From contig JAQGDQ010000247.1 of the NCBI GenBank assembly GCA_030141605.1, positions 1 through 64,000 on the forward strand: 64,000 nucleotides of DNA, read 5' to 3'. The stretch is from Tubiluchus corallicola (Eukaryota > Animalia > Priapulida). This document shows, piece after piece, positions 13,800 through 27,706 of this stretch. Numbering within the stretch: position 1 is the stretch's first letter; each line of letters starts with the position of its first letter. The notes below the pieces were generated by a model. It worked only from the letters and a program-made list of their open reading frames with translations. It had not been told where the DNA came from and made no database searches. The position numbers and the translations under genes were made by a program.

Positions 13800-14199
13800 C
13801 AGGGGCGTATACAAACTTCAGAAAAACGGTTATGCCAACAAGAAAGCAATTAGGAGGTGTTGGGGAGTGCTGCAAGCTTCCCAGCGGTGTCCGGGGAGGA
13901 GCCCTGCATGAGACCAATGCCTTTCACTGCTTTGTCACCTCAAAGTTTTGACTCGTAATTACACACCAGTATATTGTTATACAGTGTACATGATGTACAT
14001 AACTTTTATATGCTTCCAGAAGTAGAACCCTTGTGATATATGATTTTTACAAGTACTAAATTTTAATAAAGGTACCGCTAGAATTAAGCAAATCATTCCA
14101 ATGATTATAATACAGAAAAAACATTGATTTAGTGTGTTGTAACTGCTACTGTGAAAGAGGGTCCAGGCACCTTGGGTCAACCCCCTAAATCCGCCACTG
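13800..14199 (+). mobile_element. hAT-like MITE
   Basis: Termini CAGGGGCGTAT...ATCCGCCACTG; the 8-bp flanks TCTTTGGA and CCTTTGGG (6/8 identical) fit a decayed hAT TSD. Confidence 0.65.
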
Positions 14200-15169
14200 C
14201 CTTTGGGGTCTTTTGTTCTCTTCCTGCTCCTGCATTCTTGTTTGTTTTTGCATATCTTTGAATTTGTCTTTCACGGTTTCTTCGTAATTATTTCTATTCA
14301 TACTTTGTATTTTATCTTTACAATTTCCCTTAAAATTAGGAAATAATTTTAAAATCTTTTTTGCGTTCAAACTAATGTTGGTCATAAGCAAATGCAGTTT
14401 ACTTAAGCACACACAGATATTTTTCTCCCAGTAAAGGAATTTTTTATACTTTTCTTAAATTCAAACAGCCTTTCAACTCCTCTAATATCTTGTAATAAAG
14501 GGAAATTTTCTAATGTTTCAATCAAACAATATTTTCACTACGTCTTTAGCAGAATTGTTTGAATAAAAAGGTACGAAAATTACCTTTGTGTAAGATATTT
14601 GCACTAATCGGTATTTTTTCTTGCTATTAAAAGTTTATAAGTTCTATAAACAGATTTTTTTCACATCTTTTCATTAATTAGTTAGTTAATTAGTGCTAAT
14701 CCCTCATTAGTTGTTGTTTGACCACGCATACACGCCAAGAAATCTCAAGCGATTTGAACTTTGTCTTGAATTCTAGTCAATATTCCTGCATATAGGAGTA
14801 ATAAGACCTAATACAAAGCTACGTTTAGCTTCCATTAGGTATTCAATTAGCACATGTGGATTCGTATAGAAACAAGCCTTCTTATCACAACAATGGAAAA
14901 AGGTTTCTCCTCTGCTAAAACTACCTCTGAATCTTTATTAAAGCATTCCTCGATATTGCTAGTTATCTGATCTAGTGTAAACTTATTTCCAGTGCGGCTG
15001 AGTCAATATTGGTTGATGTTTTCACCATTTTTCAATACCGACCGTATGTCGTTTCGTACGAACGCTTCACGTTTTCTATGTCACGAACACAATATGCCTA
15101 AAACGATATTTCTGTGAGGTGTATAACATGTAAATTTGTTTACTAAACCAGCATTACATGCATTACATT

Positions 15170-15705
15170 ACAAAGATTGACAAGACAGATTTAATCAACA
15201 GTGAAAGAAACATTTACTACAGACAAAATCCCCGTACAATGCAACATCGTGGCTCATACAAAACAAATCACAATTAAATAATAATTATTAGAATAACATA
15301 ACGTCAGGCAGTTTTTGTAACTCTCTACCTAATTGCATGTAGATTTTATATAGACCATAAGTGATTCCTAGTCTGAAAGGCTGATTACCGAAAAACTACA
15401 ACAATCTTGCATAATTCGATATCTTGGCTACTCATTATAAAGACAAATTTATTATTGTCATTAGGTATGGCTGAAAACACAGTGAACAAATTTTTATTAT
15501 TACTAAAAAGTGTAACTCTATCGTCCTGATTACGTGGACATTTCATGAATAAGTGCGTTTCGCTTCAATTTGGTTAAAGTCACAACACGCACGGGTATTT
15601 TATACGGTTCATGGTACCGGCCAAATTCAATGGCCAATTTATGGGCGCTTATCTTAAATTTAGTATAGCTTAGTATAGCCTGCCTGACATGTTTTCGTTT
15701 CTGAA
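15170..15705 (-). mobile_element. Degraded non-LTR retrotransposon 3' end (CR1/L2-group)
   Basis: The translation YTKFKISAHKLAIEFGRY matches the typical C-terminal 'KFRxSxHxLxIExGR' motif of LINE ORF2; frameshifted downstream. Confidence 0.65.
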
Positions 15706-18547
15706 GCCAAATGATATATGTTTTGAATAAGAACTGAACTGAACTGAGAAGTTGAAGAAGTAACAGAGAAACAAACTTTGGCAATTCAGTGAAAGATTTC
15801 GAGTCACCTGATCATGTTATTGACCCTCACTAGCCACGCCACACTTATGATTTATCAGAATATGAAAGTATCACATGGAAAAACTACAATATAAATGCCA
15901 TTATGCCATCAAAGTTTTGCTTCAGAAAGTAATGGCAACTGAATTTAGTTAATTGGCTATTTAATTGTATACGTATCAATAACGTTGCTTAAGTCTTTCA
16001 TGACGTAGCCGGAGCAAAGAAACAATGGGCGAATTACGTTGCTTTTTCACGTTACATTCCGCTGTTTCTTTTGCGGGTCCGACGTCACGGTTGATTTATG
16101 GCATGTAGTTTAGATTTCTGGACAAAAATACAAAAATAGCCGTGCTTCGGCTGACCGTCGCGACCTCGAAAATGCGTGGTCAGTTGCGGATAAAATCGAG
16201 TTGGTCAACATTAACAAGATACTTGTTTATCATTGGGGTCAGGGAAATAAACAGCATGTGTGATCACTAAGATATAAACACGCGATAAAAACGTTGGTAA
16301 ACACGGAGCAAAATACAGTGACAAAGTACAAACATGACAACAACATATTGGCCTTATTTATGCCCAATACAGAAATGTGTCAACATTGGGAGCCATCACG
16401 ATATTAAACTTGCAAAATATGATTCTATAGGCTCGACCAGTAGTGATATTGGAATTAAACTGGTAGCACGATATTTTAAAATAGTTTGATTAGCATTATG
16501 AAAGTAAGAGAGGTGACGAGGTCGATTTGCCCTATTGTAGATGTACAATAATTTGTAAGTTCAACTATGTAAGATTGGAAAAAACGAAAATGATGGTATA
16601 TAATTGAGAGGGATGGTGACCTTGGCTACCCAACGTTCAAGGATTTTCACCGATTACTTGAAGAAAGTAATTCTGCTCGGTATGCAGAATTAGTTTTTAC
16701 GATTAAGATTATGAAAACATCGATAAACTTCAATTGCATCGTAAAAAAAACCGAGATGCAAGGAAGTAAAAATGAGAATGGTTTTAAATTTTTTTATAAC
16801 AGAAAAACGTTAAGAGGCCTTAAAGAATGTATACTTAGTTAGGCCTTTTCACACACAAATTGTATAAGTTGCGGCAGTAATGATATAATCATCATTATCA
16901 TTATTCAAACAAGTTCAGCTCGTTAATTTCTGATTTTAGAATAAGGACTTATCGTTCAACGAAATTTATAATCTACCCTGTAGAATTCACAATTGCATTT
17001 AATAATAAGTTTTTTGAGTCAAATTGTTCAGGCACTCACAGCATTTTAAACAAACTTCTTTTATTAAACGCGTATTAAAATATTAAAAGACATTAAAATG
17101 TTAAAAAATATCAGTACGTTTCATGCTTTTAATAATTTCAGCATTGTCACCAAAGCCACAAATAACTGGGACCGATTAACAAAAGAAAGTTTATCAATGT
17201 ACCCTAACAAGCCTTCTCTTATTCTGCAAAGTAGTTCCACTCCCTTAACTTTGCTAACAAACAGCTAGCTATACTTTTACTGTATCGCTTTCTTCTCTGC
17301 AAATCTGCTAATTCACTACATCTTTGTTTTCCTTGTAAATACATAACGAATTTTTGTACTATAAGCTCTGTCTATAAAATTGGTTGTTTGTTTGTGTAGT
17401 CTATCATACTGAAAAGTGAACATGGCTCTGCAGTCGAACCTTGTGCCACATGTTTTTAACATTCTTGATAAAAGTTGTTTCTTTTCAAAATCAAAAGTTT
17501 TTAAAACATCTCTAACCGTTGTTATGATTTACAGCTTTTTTTACTTCATCGGTTGCTAAGCAAATCCACCATGTTGGATGATGACATCATTTCCTGTTTT
17601 TGGTCGCTGTACTTTGCAGCCCTGTTATCCTGTGCATCGTGTAATTAAGGGAAAATGTAAAACGCCACCGGTCAATAATTATGTAAAGCAAGGAAATAAG
17701 GCAAATGGAGTTACGTGTCAAAGAGTGAGAGAGTATGTACAGAGGTGGTCGATACAACCCTATTAGCGTGCAGATATTTTTTCCTCAGTCGGAATAATAA
17801 TTCGGCTCAGCGGATCAATTAATTACGACCAAGCTGCTAAAGTAATCAAGTTCATCATAATGCAGCCTCCGCAAAGGGTAGCTTTTCTCCTATTCCAGGT
17901 TGTTGCTAGAACAAGGTTCAACAAAAATGATTATTTTGCAGAAAAAAATAAAAAATCGACCTATCCGCGGTTTATTTTACTCCAAATTAAAATTTTCATT
18001 ATGCTGTTCATGTAGAAATTTGTGCAGTAGCAGGAAGTGGTTAGTATGGGTTATAAATAATCTTAAAATGCACGAAGTCTGAAAATTTTGCATCTCCACT
18101 GGGGCTCGAACTCATGACTTTCTGCTTTACGGGCAGTCCTGTTAATGAATGATTGTTCAAGATCAAGTGTTACTTATACTAAAAAAAACCGCAGAATATG
18201 TTTCCCAGACGCTTCAATCATTGATCTCAAAATTGAGTAATAGCCTCACTGATATTCACACTAATGTCAATACAATATTCAGGGGCGTATCAACACATCA
18301 CGACGACCTAAGCTGATGCTTCACACCCATCCATCTCTATTACGGATTTATGGTTGTTTATATGTGAACCATTTTGCACAATTACTCGTGGTATACTTTA
18401 TACTTGCTTGTAATAGAAGCCCTATTTCTTAGGTCATTATGCTAATTATATATGTTTGCATAGCGCTTATATCTAACCTGGCTGCAATACTCCTTGTGGT
18501 ATAGAACCTTTTCTGTGGTATTTATACTTGTTTGTTAATTAGCGCTC

Positions 18548-18847
<300 letters not shown>

Positions 18848-20141
18848 GCAATCACAGTAGGGAATGTACAAAACAGATTCATTAACTGCTTGTGGTGAGT
18901 TATGAAATACGTGTTTTATATGAACATGAAAGGTTATGCATGTCCTGATAAGATTAAGAATGTTTTTAAACAAATGGGACTCTAAATTTTGGCGTCCCTC
19001 AAAACTTGGGTGCCTTAGGGGCTTAGTTAACCTATTGGTAAATACGACCCTGGCAACATCAATGCAATAAAGACAATGCAGTCATATTAATACGTAGTTG
19101 CTTTCTCATTTATAAGATTCATATTCACATTTATTAGTGCCAAAAATTCATACAATGCAAAAAAACGCACAATTTCAATTTTTAAAAAATAGTGACACTG
19201 CAGACAAACAAAGCAATTATTGATAAAAGAAATATTATAAAATTGTCCTGTTAGTTATTTTAGTTATTCAAATGAAGAGTTTAATGATTAGTATTTAAAA
19301 CAGATTGTCACTCATCTGGCCTCATTTTCAATGATACGATCATTACATAGTATATTGTTATCATGTCTTAAAAACACTTTTTTAACATAATCAATAAAAT
19401 CAATAAATATTGAGATGGAGATTGTTGAGAACATCGAGCATCAATTCTTTACTTTCTAGACTTTATTTGGAAAATTGGCAGGCGTACTAAAGTGTACTAA
19501 AATGCTTCGAAATCACCCTGCTAAGTTTACGTACATTTGGATACAAATTTTCGGCTATGTGGCATTTTAAAAAGGCTTACTTTTTTGTGTCCGCCCTGTA
19601 TATAACTACGAATTAGGCGTCATGAAAACAGCAGCAGCAGCAGCAACAGCCTAAGCTATAACCCCATCCCACACGCGGTAGATCAATACAATGTTATTAC
19701 TCGTGTTCTTGATTTTCTTGTCGCCTGGTACTGATGCTGCACAATCATTGATGCGACGCGGAAGCTGAGAGGATGCATTGCGATGGTAACAAGAATAAAC
19801 ATTCCCCCCTTCAACGCAGCTTCATCTCTTAACGGGTCACGTGGTCAGAGGGAGAGTTTTTTCCGCGTCTTGCGTGTTTTTTCGCTCCTCCTACCAGACC
19901 CGCGGGCGCCACTGTCAAGAGCCGTTTAAACGCTCGTGTTGTTGAATCATATGATCAAGCTTTCTGTCGAAGAGCTGGTCGAATTTAGCAAAAATGTATA
20001 TCAGTAATTCTGCGCGTTTTTTGCTGCCCCATTTCGTCATATGAGAGAATGTGGTGCCCCGTCTTTAGGAACTTGACTGATTTTTACTGCAGCGTCTTAA
20101 TGCATCAGTTTCGCTGCGATAATTATGTGAGAATTTGCCAT

Positions 20142-20748
20142 CAGGGCCGCATTATGAATCTAGGCTAATGATTTCGGGTCCCCTCAGACGGAGCCACCCT
20201 CTATCTCGCTCCCATTACCCGAATGGAATATTTTTTACTTGTGATACATTTAAGTAGCTTGAAGTATACTTATTAGAAATTCTCTAAATAGACTAAAATA
20301 GCTATCTTTTGCTTGTCAATAAAAATATTCTTTAAGAAATACAATTAAACACCCTAAAGGGCTTCAAACAGTGGCCGCTTATCTCATCATATAAAAGGCA
20401 CTTTATTTCAAATAAGTTCTCAAGCAGGGGCGTTTATCTCAAATAAGGGGCCACAAACAGGGCGCTTATTTAAAATTGGGTTTCCAGATTCCAAGGCCTA
20501 CTTTTCTAAAGTTCAACGAATTAATTAGCAAATGCAAAATATTAAAATATTATACGCATTTTTCAATGTATATATATGTATATCTATATATACATAGTCA
20601 GCAAAAATTATATATATTTGTTATGTGTTTTTTGGCTCTATAGCTATAATGTAATAGCTCTGTTTTGTACTTTTGTATTTTGTTGTTGTTTTGTTGTATG
20701 TATGTTATTGTAATATAAAGTATATGTCAATAAAAAATTCTTAATTCT

Positions 20749-20793
<45 letters not shown>

Positions 20794-20903
20794 TATAAAG
20801 TATGTATATTTGAAAAAAAACAGGGCCTCTCAAGCTTGAGGGCCACAAGCTTGAGAGGCCCTAGGACGTAGCCCATACTAGTTTATAGGATAATCTGGTC
20901 CTG
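20142..20903 (+). mobile_element. hAT-like MITE with an internal (AT)n tract
   Basis: Imperfect TIR CAGGGCCGCATTA...TAATCTGGTCCTG; related fragments at 5610-5945, ~18975-19055 and ~46610-46685. Confidence 0.55.
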
Positions 20904-21769
20904 GTTACCACCCTTTTCAAGACCATCTGATTCTCTCCATAAGTCCATTGTTTTAAATTTACATAGACAATTTATAACGGATATATATATATATATAATA
21001 GCAATAGTTCCACCACCTACTGGTCCAGACCAGACGGGAAATTATGTCAATTTTGTGATTTGAATTCTTACTCGTGCAGTTTAAAATGTTCTGAAACTAA
21101 AAATACGTTCAAAATATGTTTAAGATATCAAATCTTTTATGACGCAATTCACTATAAATAAAACAGAACATTGGTATACTTGATGAACTTTGCGGAAATA
21201 AGGATATTTAATTAATTTCCAACTTCTGTAAATATTCACGATTGTAATTAATATCGTGCTAAAATATTCATGTAATGATGCGTTTTGCTTGTCACTGGAC
21301 AAATTGTTTTATATGACATGTTTTTGCTACATTACACTACTGCTATATATATAGATAAGTGTTGATTGACTTCAGAACTTGACACAAGTCACCATGTTTT
21401 TTAACTCAAATGTTGATGAATTTTAAAACTTGATTGGAAATTTCAAAAACTTTTGAAATTAGTTTGAAACATTTAATACTGTAATGACTTGTAGATTGTG
21501 AAAAATTGTGTAACAGTGTAGTTTGTAGAAAATCAATATTCCAATAAATTTGCTAGGGAGTCTGCCAGTCTGTGAATATTCTCAATCTCATTCCTTGAAA
21601 ACCTCAAATTCCCATATGAGAACTGTGGGAATGCATGTAAATACACGTGCGTGTTCGGTTCCTTAGGTTGCGGGGTGGGAAATCTAGGTTTTTTGAGCAA
21701 ATAAAATATTAGAAAAATTAATCATTATAATCTTAATGTCAGTATTTTAATTACTAAAAAATTACAAAT

Positions 21770-21775
21770 TTTATT
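21770..21775 (-). terminator. Candidate polyadenylation signal AATAAA for the DCX gene
   Basis: TTTATT on the + strand about 300 nt downstream of the terminal-exon stop at 22071. Confidence 0.3.
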
Positions 21776-22070
21776 TCTAATTTTGGTAGCCCCGGCTACT
21801 GGCTGGAGATAGAAACTTTAAAAAATTGATAATTAAGTGTGAATGATAATGAAGTAATTACACAAATAGTCAATTCTTATTGTAAATGTTTTGTAAATAG
21901 TTTATATAGTTTGTTGTGGTGAGAAAGTTAAATCATGTTTTGAAGCTGTCTGATCCAATCCTGTAATAAATTAGGTTTAAACTAAATAATTGCACAAAAC
22001 ATCTTATTTGGAAATTTGAGACTTATGTGACTGTATTATCAGCATTTTTTTTACAAAAATATCTTCACGG

Positions 22071-22258
22071 TTAGCTAGGATCATTGTCATTGACAAAGTC
22101 ATCTTCTAAGGACAGATTTGGTGCAACATAACCTCGCATTCTCATTTCGTAATCATGAAGATCTTCATCATCGGTGCTTATACAATCACACTCACGCTTA
22201 CTACACACATCTAATCTATCCATCTCGCTCGCGGCTGGTGCAGCCTCCTCATCTCTAT
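22071..22258 (-). CDS. Terminal coding exon of the DCDC2-like gene (DRDEEAAPAASEM...DDFVNDNDPS*)
   Basis: ttctcttttccAG acceptor; phase-1 entry keeps the frame open to TAA at 22071; acidic composition like the upstream exons. Confidence 0.7.
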
Positions 22259-22326
22259 CTGGAAAAGAGAAGCTGAATAACATTTGGACACAGGGAGATT
22301 ATATAAAACATATAAAACCTACTGAT

Positions 22327-22944
22327 AAAGGTAAACAGGATCTTTTTTCATGACCAACCCCATTTTGAAGAATATAGAGATAAAAATATACATTTTAATA
22401 CCTATAATATTACCAAAGCGTTTCTGATACTAAAATAATATAAATTTAACGGCGGGCGAACCCAACTAGTGATGACATCACAACTGAACATAATTTCCAG
22501 CAGCATAAATTCCACGTGCGTGTTGCACGTGTTTGCAAAAGCGAAGATCGAAGTACAGCGCTACTGTACAACATTCAACGTGATTTACAAAAACTTGGCA
22601 AGTTTTAAGGTTGAAAACTTTAATTTTAAATTTACCGCTTACATAAGTTGTCGAACATGTGTGTTACGTCACAGCTGAAAACCTGAACTGACAAGTAGAG
22701 CATCTATTTTTTTGTGCAACGCGGTCCGAGGTGTAGGTGCAGGTGACAGGGTCCAGGTGACAGGGTCCTCTAACTAGCGACTAGCAAAATGCATTTAAAG
22801 GCGAAGACCTAGCCGCGCGAACGCGAAATTACGTTTCTCTGATAACTCTTTCGTGTATTTTATTCTTGAGAAATTTCCCTTTTTAATATTTAATAAGATA
22901 GATTGTTTTGAGCCATTTTAAAATTGGGTCCGGTTTTCTTTTAA
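22327..22944 (+). mobile_element. Kolobok/T2-like MITE family 1, full-length diverged copy (intronic)
   Basis: Termini TAAAGGTAAACAGG...CCGGTTTTCTTTTAA; body is similar to the 5140 and 41497 copies. Confidence 0.7.
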
Positions 22945-23812
22945 AACAAAATCACAGAACGTCTCAACTATCACACCTCTCCTTTGTCACCTCCCCCCCC
23001 CCCCTCCCATTATGTCAGTGCATCATAAGGTTTAATTAGCAAAATCAGAAAGTAATGATTACAGTTGAACTATCGCAAGCATTATCCAGAAGTGCTAGGA
23101 AGCAACTGTATCCTTTTTCTACCTTTTGGATACAACATTGTTGAATGACAATGATTGTTCCCGTTCCACAATGCTCAAGCTCTAGTTTTATTACTACTGA
23201 AAGTTTCCAAAGATCATTGCGGCGAATGACGTTCTTTTTTGGCTGTTTTGTTCAATCATCTAGCGCAGGTCATGGTGTCAGGAAAAAAGATTATTTTTGT
23301 ACGAAAAACGGAATAAGTAAAAAGCGACAAAACTACAAAGAAGACAGTGTTATTTTGAATATAGAATATATCTGTTTTAGTCATTTGCAGTTCTGACTGT
23401 CATTAATCGATTGGGGTGTATGATCGTAGAAGTTTCTCAGTGATGCGGATGTCATGTCAAGAACATCTAGGAATTTGTGAGAGGTGGAAGCTGACGAGAA
23501 TTCGAAAATTGGATCATAATTAGAAGAAAATTAAAAAATGACTATGAAAATACGCATTTATAGCTGTAGTAATTTGGTCTCATTGTTTCTCACGGTTTAA
23601 AATTACTTCATTTTGTTTAGTTCTTATTGGAACTAATACGTTCCGACAATTAATATTTTAGGGTGCATCTTGGATGCCAGATGCCAGACACTAGCGATGC
23701 TTATTAGCCACGCGTGTTTTTTTCAAAGACTCATTAAAAATTTCTGTTTTCTGAAAAGTAACATTCTCATAATCAATGTCTGTTGCAAACAAAAAACCAG
23801 CATAATGCTCAC

Positions 23813-23902
23813 CCTTCTTTGCTTCTGCAGCAATATCGTCATCAAGACTGCCATGTGCATGATCGGTAATTACATGTGGAATAGGTTGATCTAATGCTTC
23901 TG
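23813..23902 (-). CDS. Internal 90-nt exon of the DCDC2-like gene (AEALDQPIPHVITDHAHGSLDDDIAAEAKK)
   Basis: aatttcAG acceptor, G|GTGAGC donor, phase 1-1, open and acidic. Confidence 0.7.
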
Positions 23903-24351
23903 CTGAAATTTAAATCAGATAGTTAGATATTAAGTTTAGTTGCTACAGTCACTAACCTACTAACGCCACAACAATAATATGGCGAACGAAATTACCCAGA
24001 GCGAGTATTGAACCTTGTCTCAGTTTTAAGCTCGTCTCAAAATCAATAAAATAATGCAACAGTTGATACTAAACGAAATGTAATTATGAAGTTTATGTTA
24101 AAACAGCACAGCTCAGTGCTTGGCTAAATTCCAGTACGTTCAGTAAGAGTTTGGGCCTGTGGCCGCTTTGTCAAACCTCCAATTGTAAAAACTGATGCTG
24201 ACCCAACAACAGAGTTCAAAAAATATCCCTATTAAAACAGGGCTGTCTGGTTTTCACATTTGCAGCAGGTTCTACCATAATAAAAGAAAGAATCCATCTT
24301 CCACACATTCTTTTACTGCTATTTGATATTTAATATTTAAATTCTCATTAC

Positions 24352-25683
24352 CTTTGTGCTCTGTATCATCATCATCGTCATCATCGTTATCATAATCAAC
24401 TTCTTGCCTTGTATCAAATTCAGTGTAATCCTCTATTTTTGTATCAGATGCATGTTCACATTCTACGTCTGCAGGACACCCCTCACATGCTGTAACATCA
24501 TCATCAGCTTCTTGGCGTGTATCAATGCCAGTGTAGCCCTGTAGCTGTACATCAGATGCATGTTCACATTCTACGTCTGCAGGACACTCCTCACATTCCG
24601 TAACATCATCATCAGCTTCTTGCCGTGTATCAATGCCAGTGTTGCCCTGTAGCTGTACATCAGATGCATGTTCACATTCTACGTCTGCAGGACACCCCTC
24701 ACATGCTGTAACATCATCTTCAGCTTCTTGCCGTGTATCAATGCCAGTGTAAGCCTGTACCTGTACATCAGATGCATGTTCATATTCTACGTCTGCAGGA
24801 CGCTCCTCACATTCCGTAACATCATTATCAGCTTCTTGCCGTGTATTAATGCCAGTGTAGGCCTGTACCTGTACATCAGATGCATATTCATATTCTACGT
24901 CTGCAGGACGCTTCTCACATTCCGTAACATCATCATCAGCTTCTTGCCGTGTATCAATGCCAGTGTAGCCCTGTAGCTGTACATCAGATGCATGTTCACA
25001 TTGTACGTCTGCAGGACACTCCTCACATTCCGTAACATCATCATCAGCTTCTTGCCGTGTATCAATGCCAGTGTTGCCCTGTAGCTGTACATCAGATGCA
25101 TGTTCACATTCTACGTCTGCAGGACGCTCCTCACATGCTGTAACATCATCTTCAGCTTCTTGCCGTGTATCAATGCCAGTGTAAGCCTGTACCTGTACAT
25201 CAGATGCATGTTCATATTCTACGTCTGCAGGACGCTCCTCACATTCCGTAACATCATTATCAGCTTCTTGCCGTGTATTAATGCCAGTGTAGGCCTGTAC
25301 CTGTACATCAGATGCATATTCATATTCTACGTCTGCAGGACGCTTCTCACATTCCGTAACATCATCATCAGCTTCTTGCCGTGTATCAATGCCAGTGTAA
25401 GCCTGTACCTGTACATTAGATGCATGTTCATATTCTACGTCTGCAGGACGCTCCTCACATGCTGTAACATCATCATCAGCTTCTTGCCATGTATCAATGC
25501 CAGTGTAGCCCTGTAGCTGTACATCAGATACATGTTCACACTCCACGTCGGCAGTAGAATCCTTGTATTGCGTATCTTCATCTGCTGCCTCATGCCTTGC
25601 ATCACCTTCAGCTTCAACAGCTAAATTTTCGTACTCTACATTCTCCGCAGTGTCTTTCGTGACAACACTTTCCGATATTTCTT
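24352..25683 (-). CDS. Large internal exon (1332 nt) of the DCDC2-like gene encoding an acidic 36-aa tandem repeat
   Basis: gtatttcAG acceptor at 25684-25685; open frame contains ORF 24272..25546; best donor AAAG|GTAATG at 24352 gives phase 1-1. Read-through to TAG at 24272 is an alternative. Confidence 0.75.
24395..25555. repeat. 108-bp coding minisatellite, ~10.5 units, with a 432-bp higher-order period
   Basis: The unit ADVECEHASDVQLQGYTGIDTRQEADDDVTECEERP recurs; near-identical shadow ORFs start at 24668 and 25100, 432 bp apart. Confidence 0.95.
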
Positions 25684-25775
25684 CTGAAATACATAGAATG
25701 CAAACCTGTATTCATGAGTAGATTGCTACGATTGCTATGATGAATAATTGGAAAAAGTAGCAGACTGTCACTGAC

Positions 25776-25865
25776 CTGCTATGAAAGACTCAACGATATT
25801 TTCCCCTAAATTGTCACCCCTTTCATCTGAAGAATCTTCTGGAATTGATTGATCTGGCACGTTTT
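25776..25865 (-). CDS. Internal 90-nt exon of the DCDC2-like gene (ENVPDQSIPEDSSDERGDNLGENIVESFIA)
   Basis: attgtAG acceptor, CAG|GTCAGT donor, phase 1-1. Confidence 0.75.
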
Positions 25866-26192
25866 CTACAATATGTAAAAAGCAGTGTTGAATTATCCTA
25901 TTTTTGAAAAAACAAGTGTACTAGATTTACATAAAATAATTGTTCTCGTCTTGCATTATCTCTTTAAATAGTTATATTACCTATACCTCCTGCAAAATAA
26001 TATTAATTATTATTAAGCAATTTAATTATTTGATGTTTATATGCTTATATTATGTATCTGGAAATGAAAATCCCAGAAGACATCGGATGTAAGATACTTC
26101 CCGTTGGCTCCAGACCAGGGGTTCTTATATAACTAGTTTAAATGTGCTTCTTAACGCAACAGTCACATACTTAAATTGCTCGTAACGATTAC

Positions 26193-26600
26193 GTAAGGGG
26201 AAAACGACAATTTTAAAGTACATCCCAAAAGCTTAAAAGTACGCTTATCTGCTTGAAAGACTTATGTAACTATAAAATAAAATTCTTTGTAAAATGTTCG
26301 AACCAACTTGTAAAAGTAACTGTCTCACATACCCGGTGTGCAGCAATGACTCACCAAAAAAACGTGATGTTAATCTTTGTGACAAGGCACTGTGTAATCT
26401 ATACTTTTGCTTAGTTGTGTCGTGTGTACTACGAATGCTGTGACTATTTTTTCAAACTTTATGCAATGTTACCTAAACTTGCTTTTCATACGACTTACAA
26501 TAAAATAGCTGTGCCTAAAGGCCTATAGCTGAGTTTAAATTCTCAAGTTTTATACACCGTTACTGCTAACTCAAGTTCTGTGTGCAATAAAGCTTTGTTC
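26193..26600 (+). mobile_element. Family 2 Kolobok-like element (intronic)
   Basis: TAAGGGGAAAA start; similar to the copies at 56714 and 58100 and the inverted copy at 3890-4300. Confidence 0.6.
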
Positions 26601-26670
26601 AACGCATCTTTTTATGTAACTAAAGGGTTTTGTTGTTCTTTAAAAACTTAACAAGACGTCACTCACTCAC

Positions 26671-26808
26671 CTTCTTTAGAAATGTCCTTTAAGTCATCGA
26701 CAACATCTTCTGGTATGGCTTGATCCAGAGTGCCTTCTGGAATATACACTGCACCTTCTTCTCTTTCACCTTCTATACTATTCTCAGCAACCTCGACAAC
26801 TATTGTAT
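26671..26808 (-). CDS. Internal 138-nt exon of the DCDC2-like gene (DTIVVEVAENSIEGERE...DLKDISKE)
   Basis: atatttccAG acceptor, AAG|GTGAGT donor, phase 1-1, open and acidic. Confidence 0.8.
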
Positions 26809-27497
26809 CTGGAAATATAAAAATTAATGTCATGATTCACTTAAAGTACCAGATTCATGTGAAATGTAACTTGGTGGTTCAATGTTTCCTTGGAATAAGC
26901 AGTAGCCTTTAATCTTAGAATAGCAGTGCACAAAATCACTAACTACTAACAACTAAAGTGTACTGTTTCCTAAAATTATTATAAAAACATTTATGGGTGG
27001 CCTGTCATGAACCATGGCTTCCTAGGTCTCCCTTCATTATCTTATTTAATAACAATGATCATTTTCACCTAATTGTTTTTTACTTAACTGATTATATAAT
27101 ATATTACAAAACTAGTGTGATTATGATATATATTAAATCAACAAATTAATTGGATTAATGTTTAGTGCATGATGTATATTAACTCATCCATTGAGTCGTT
27201 CTTGCTACAGAACAGCAAAATAAAAATATAAAACTGATTCACAGCCTCGATACTGATGAAGATATTTGATAGAGGTTACTGACGGTTGCATCGCCTTTTC
27301 TTGTCCTAGTCACAGAAGTAAGTGATTCTTCTGGGTTTCTGCATGGTAACAACTCTTGCGCGAAGTCTTGCAGAGTATATCTTACAGGAGAGGAGATAAA
27401 GTGATAGTAACTTGCAATAGCAAAAATTAAAAACAACCTGTGGACAGTAAGAAATCAAAGTTTTTGAAGTTGAGTTTAAAGTTTCAGTGTAGATGCA

Positions 27498-27607
27498 TCA
27501 TTTTGAACAAAAGCAGAAAAACGACAAAAACGAGACTTTAGTCCAAAACTGGTAATCTTCCTTGTTGTACTCTCTCCAGGTTTTGGCACTGTTGTGATCA
27601 AAAAAGT
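27498..27607 (-). CDS. Possible private terminal exon of DCX copy B (DFFDHNSAKTWREYNKEDYQFWTK...*)
   Basis: ttttttcttatactatcAG acceptor ~100 nt after the copy B donor; the phase-1 frame is open to TGA at 27498. Confidence 0.35.
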
Positions 27608-27706
27608 CTGATAGTATAAGAAAAAATAATTAAAATTGACTGAACAAAATGCAGAAGCAACGTACTAACTTTTGCTGCCATTATCAACATAGTTTAAAAT
27701 TTCTTA

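Noticed and set aside
16500-16800. Possible LTR-retrotransposon gag remnant (PTFKDFHRLLEE)
   Set aside because: Too degraded, with no LTRs or pol fragments to support it.
16974-17045. TACCCTGTAGAA as miR-10
   Set aside because: Only the first ~12 nt match and there is no credible complementary arm.
23120-23470. Additional DCX tail exons (e.g. DVLDMTSASLRNFYDHTPQSIND)
   Set aside because: The acceptor is plausible, but the donors are weak and the composition is unlike the other exons; cannot be supported without RNA data.
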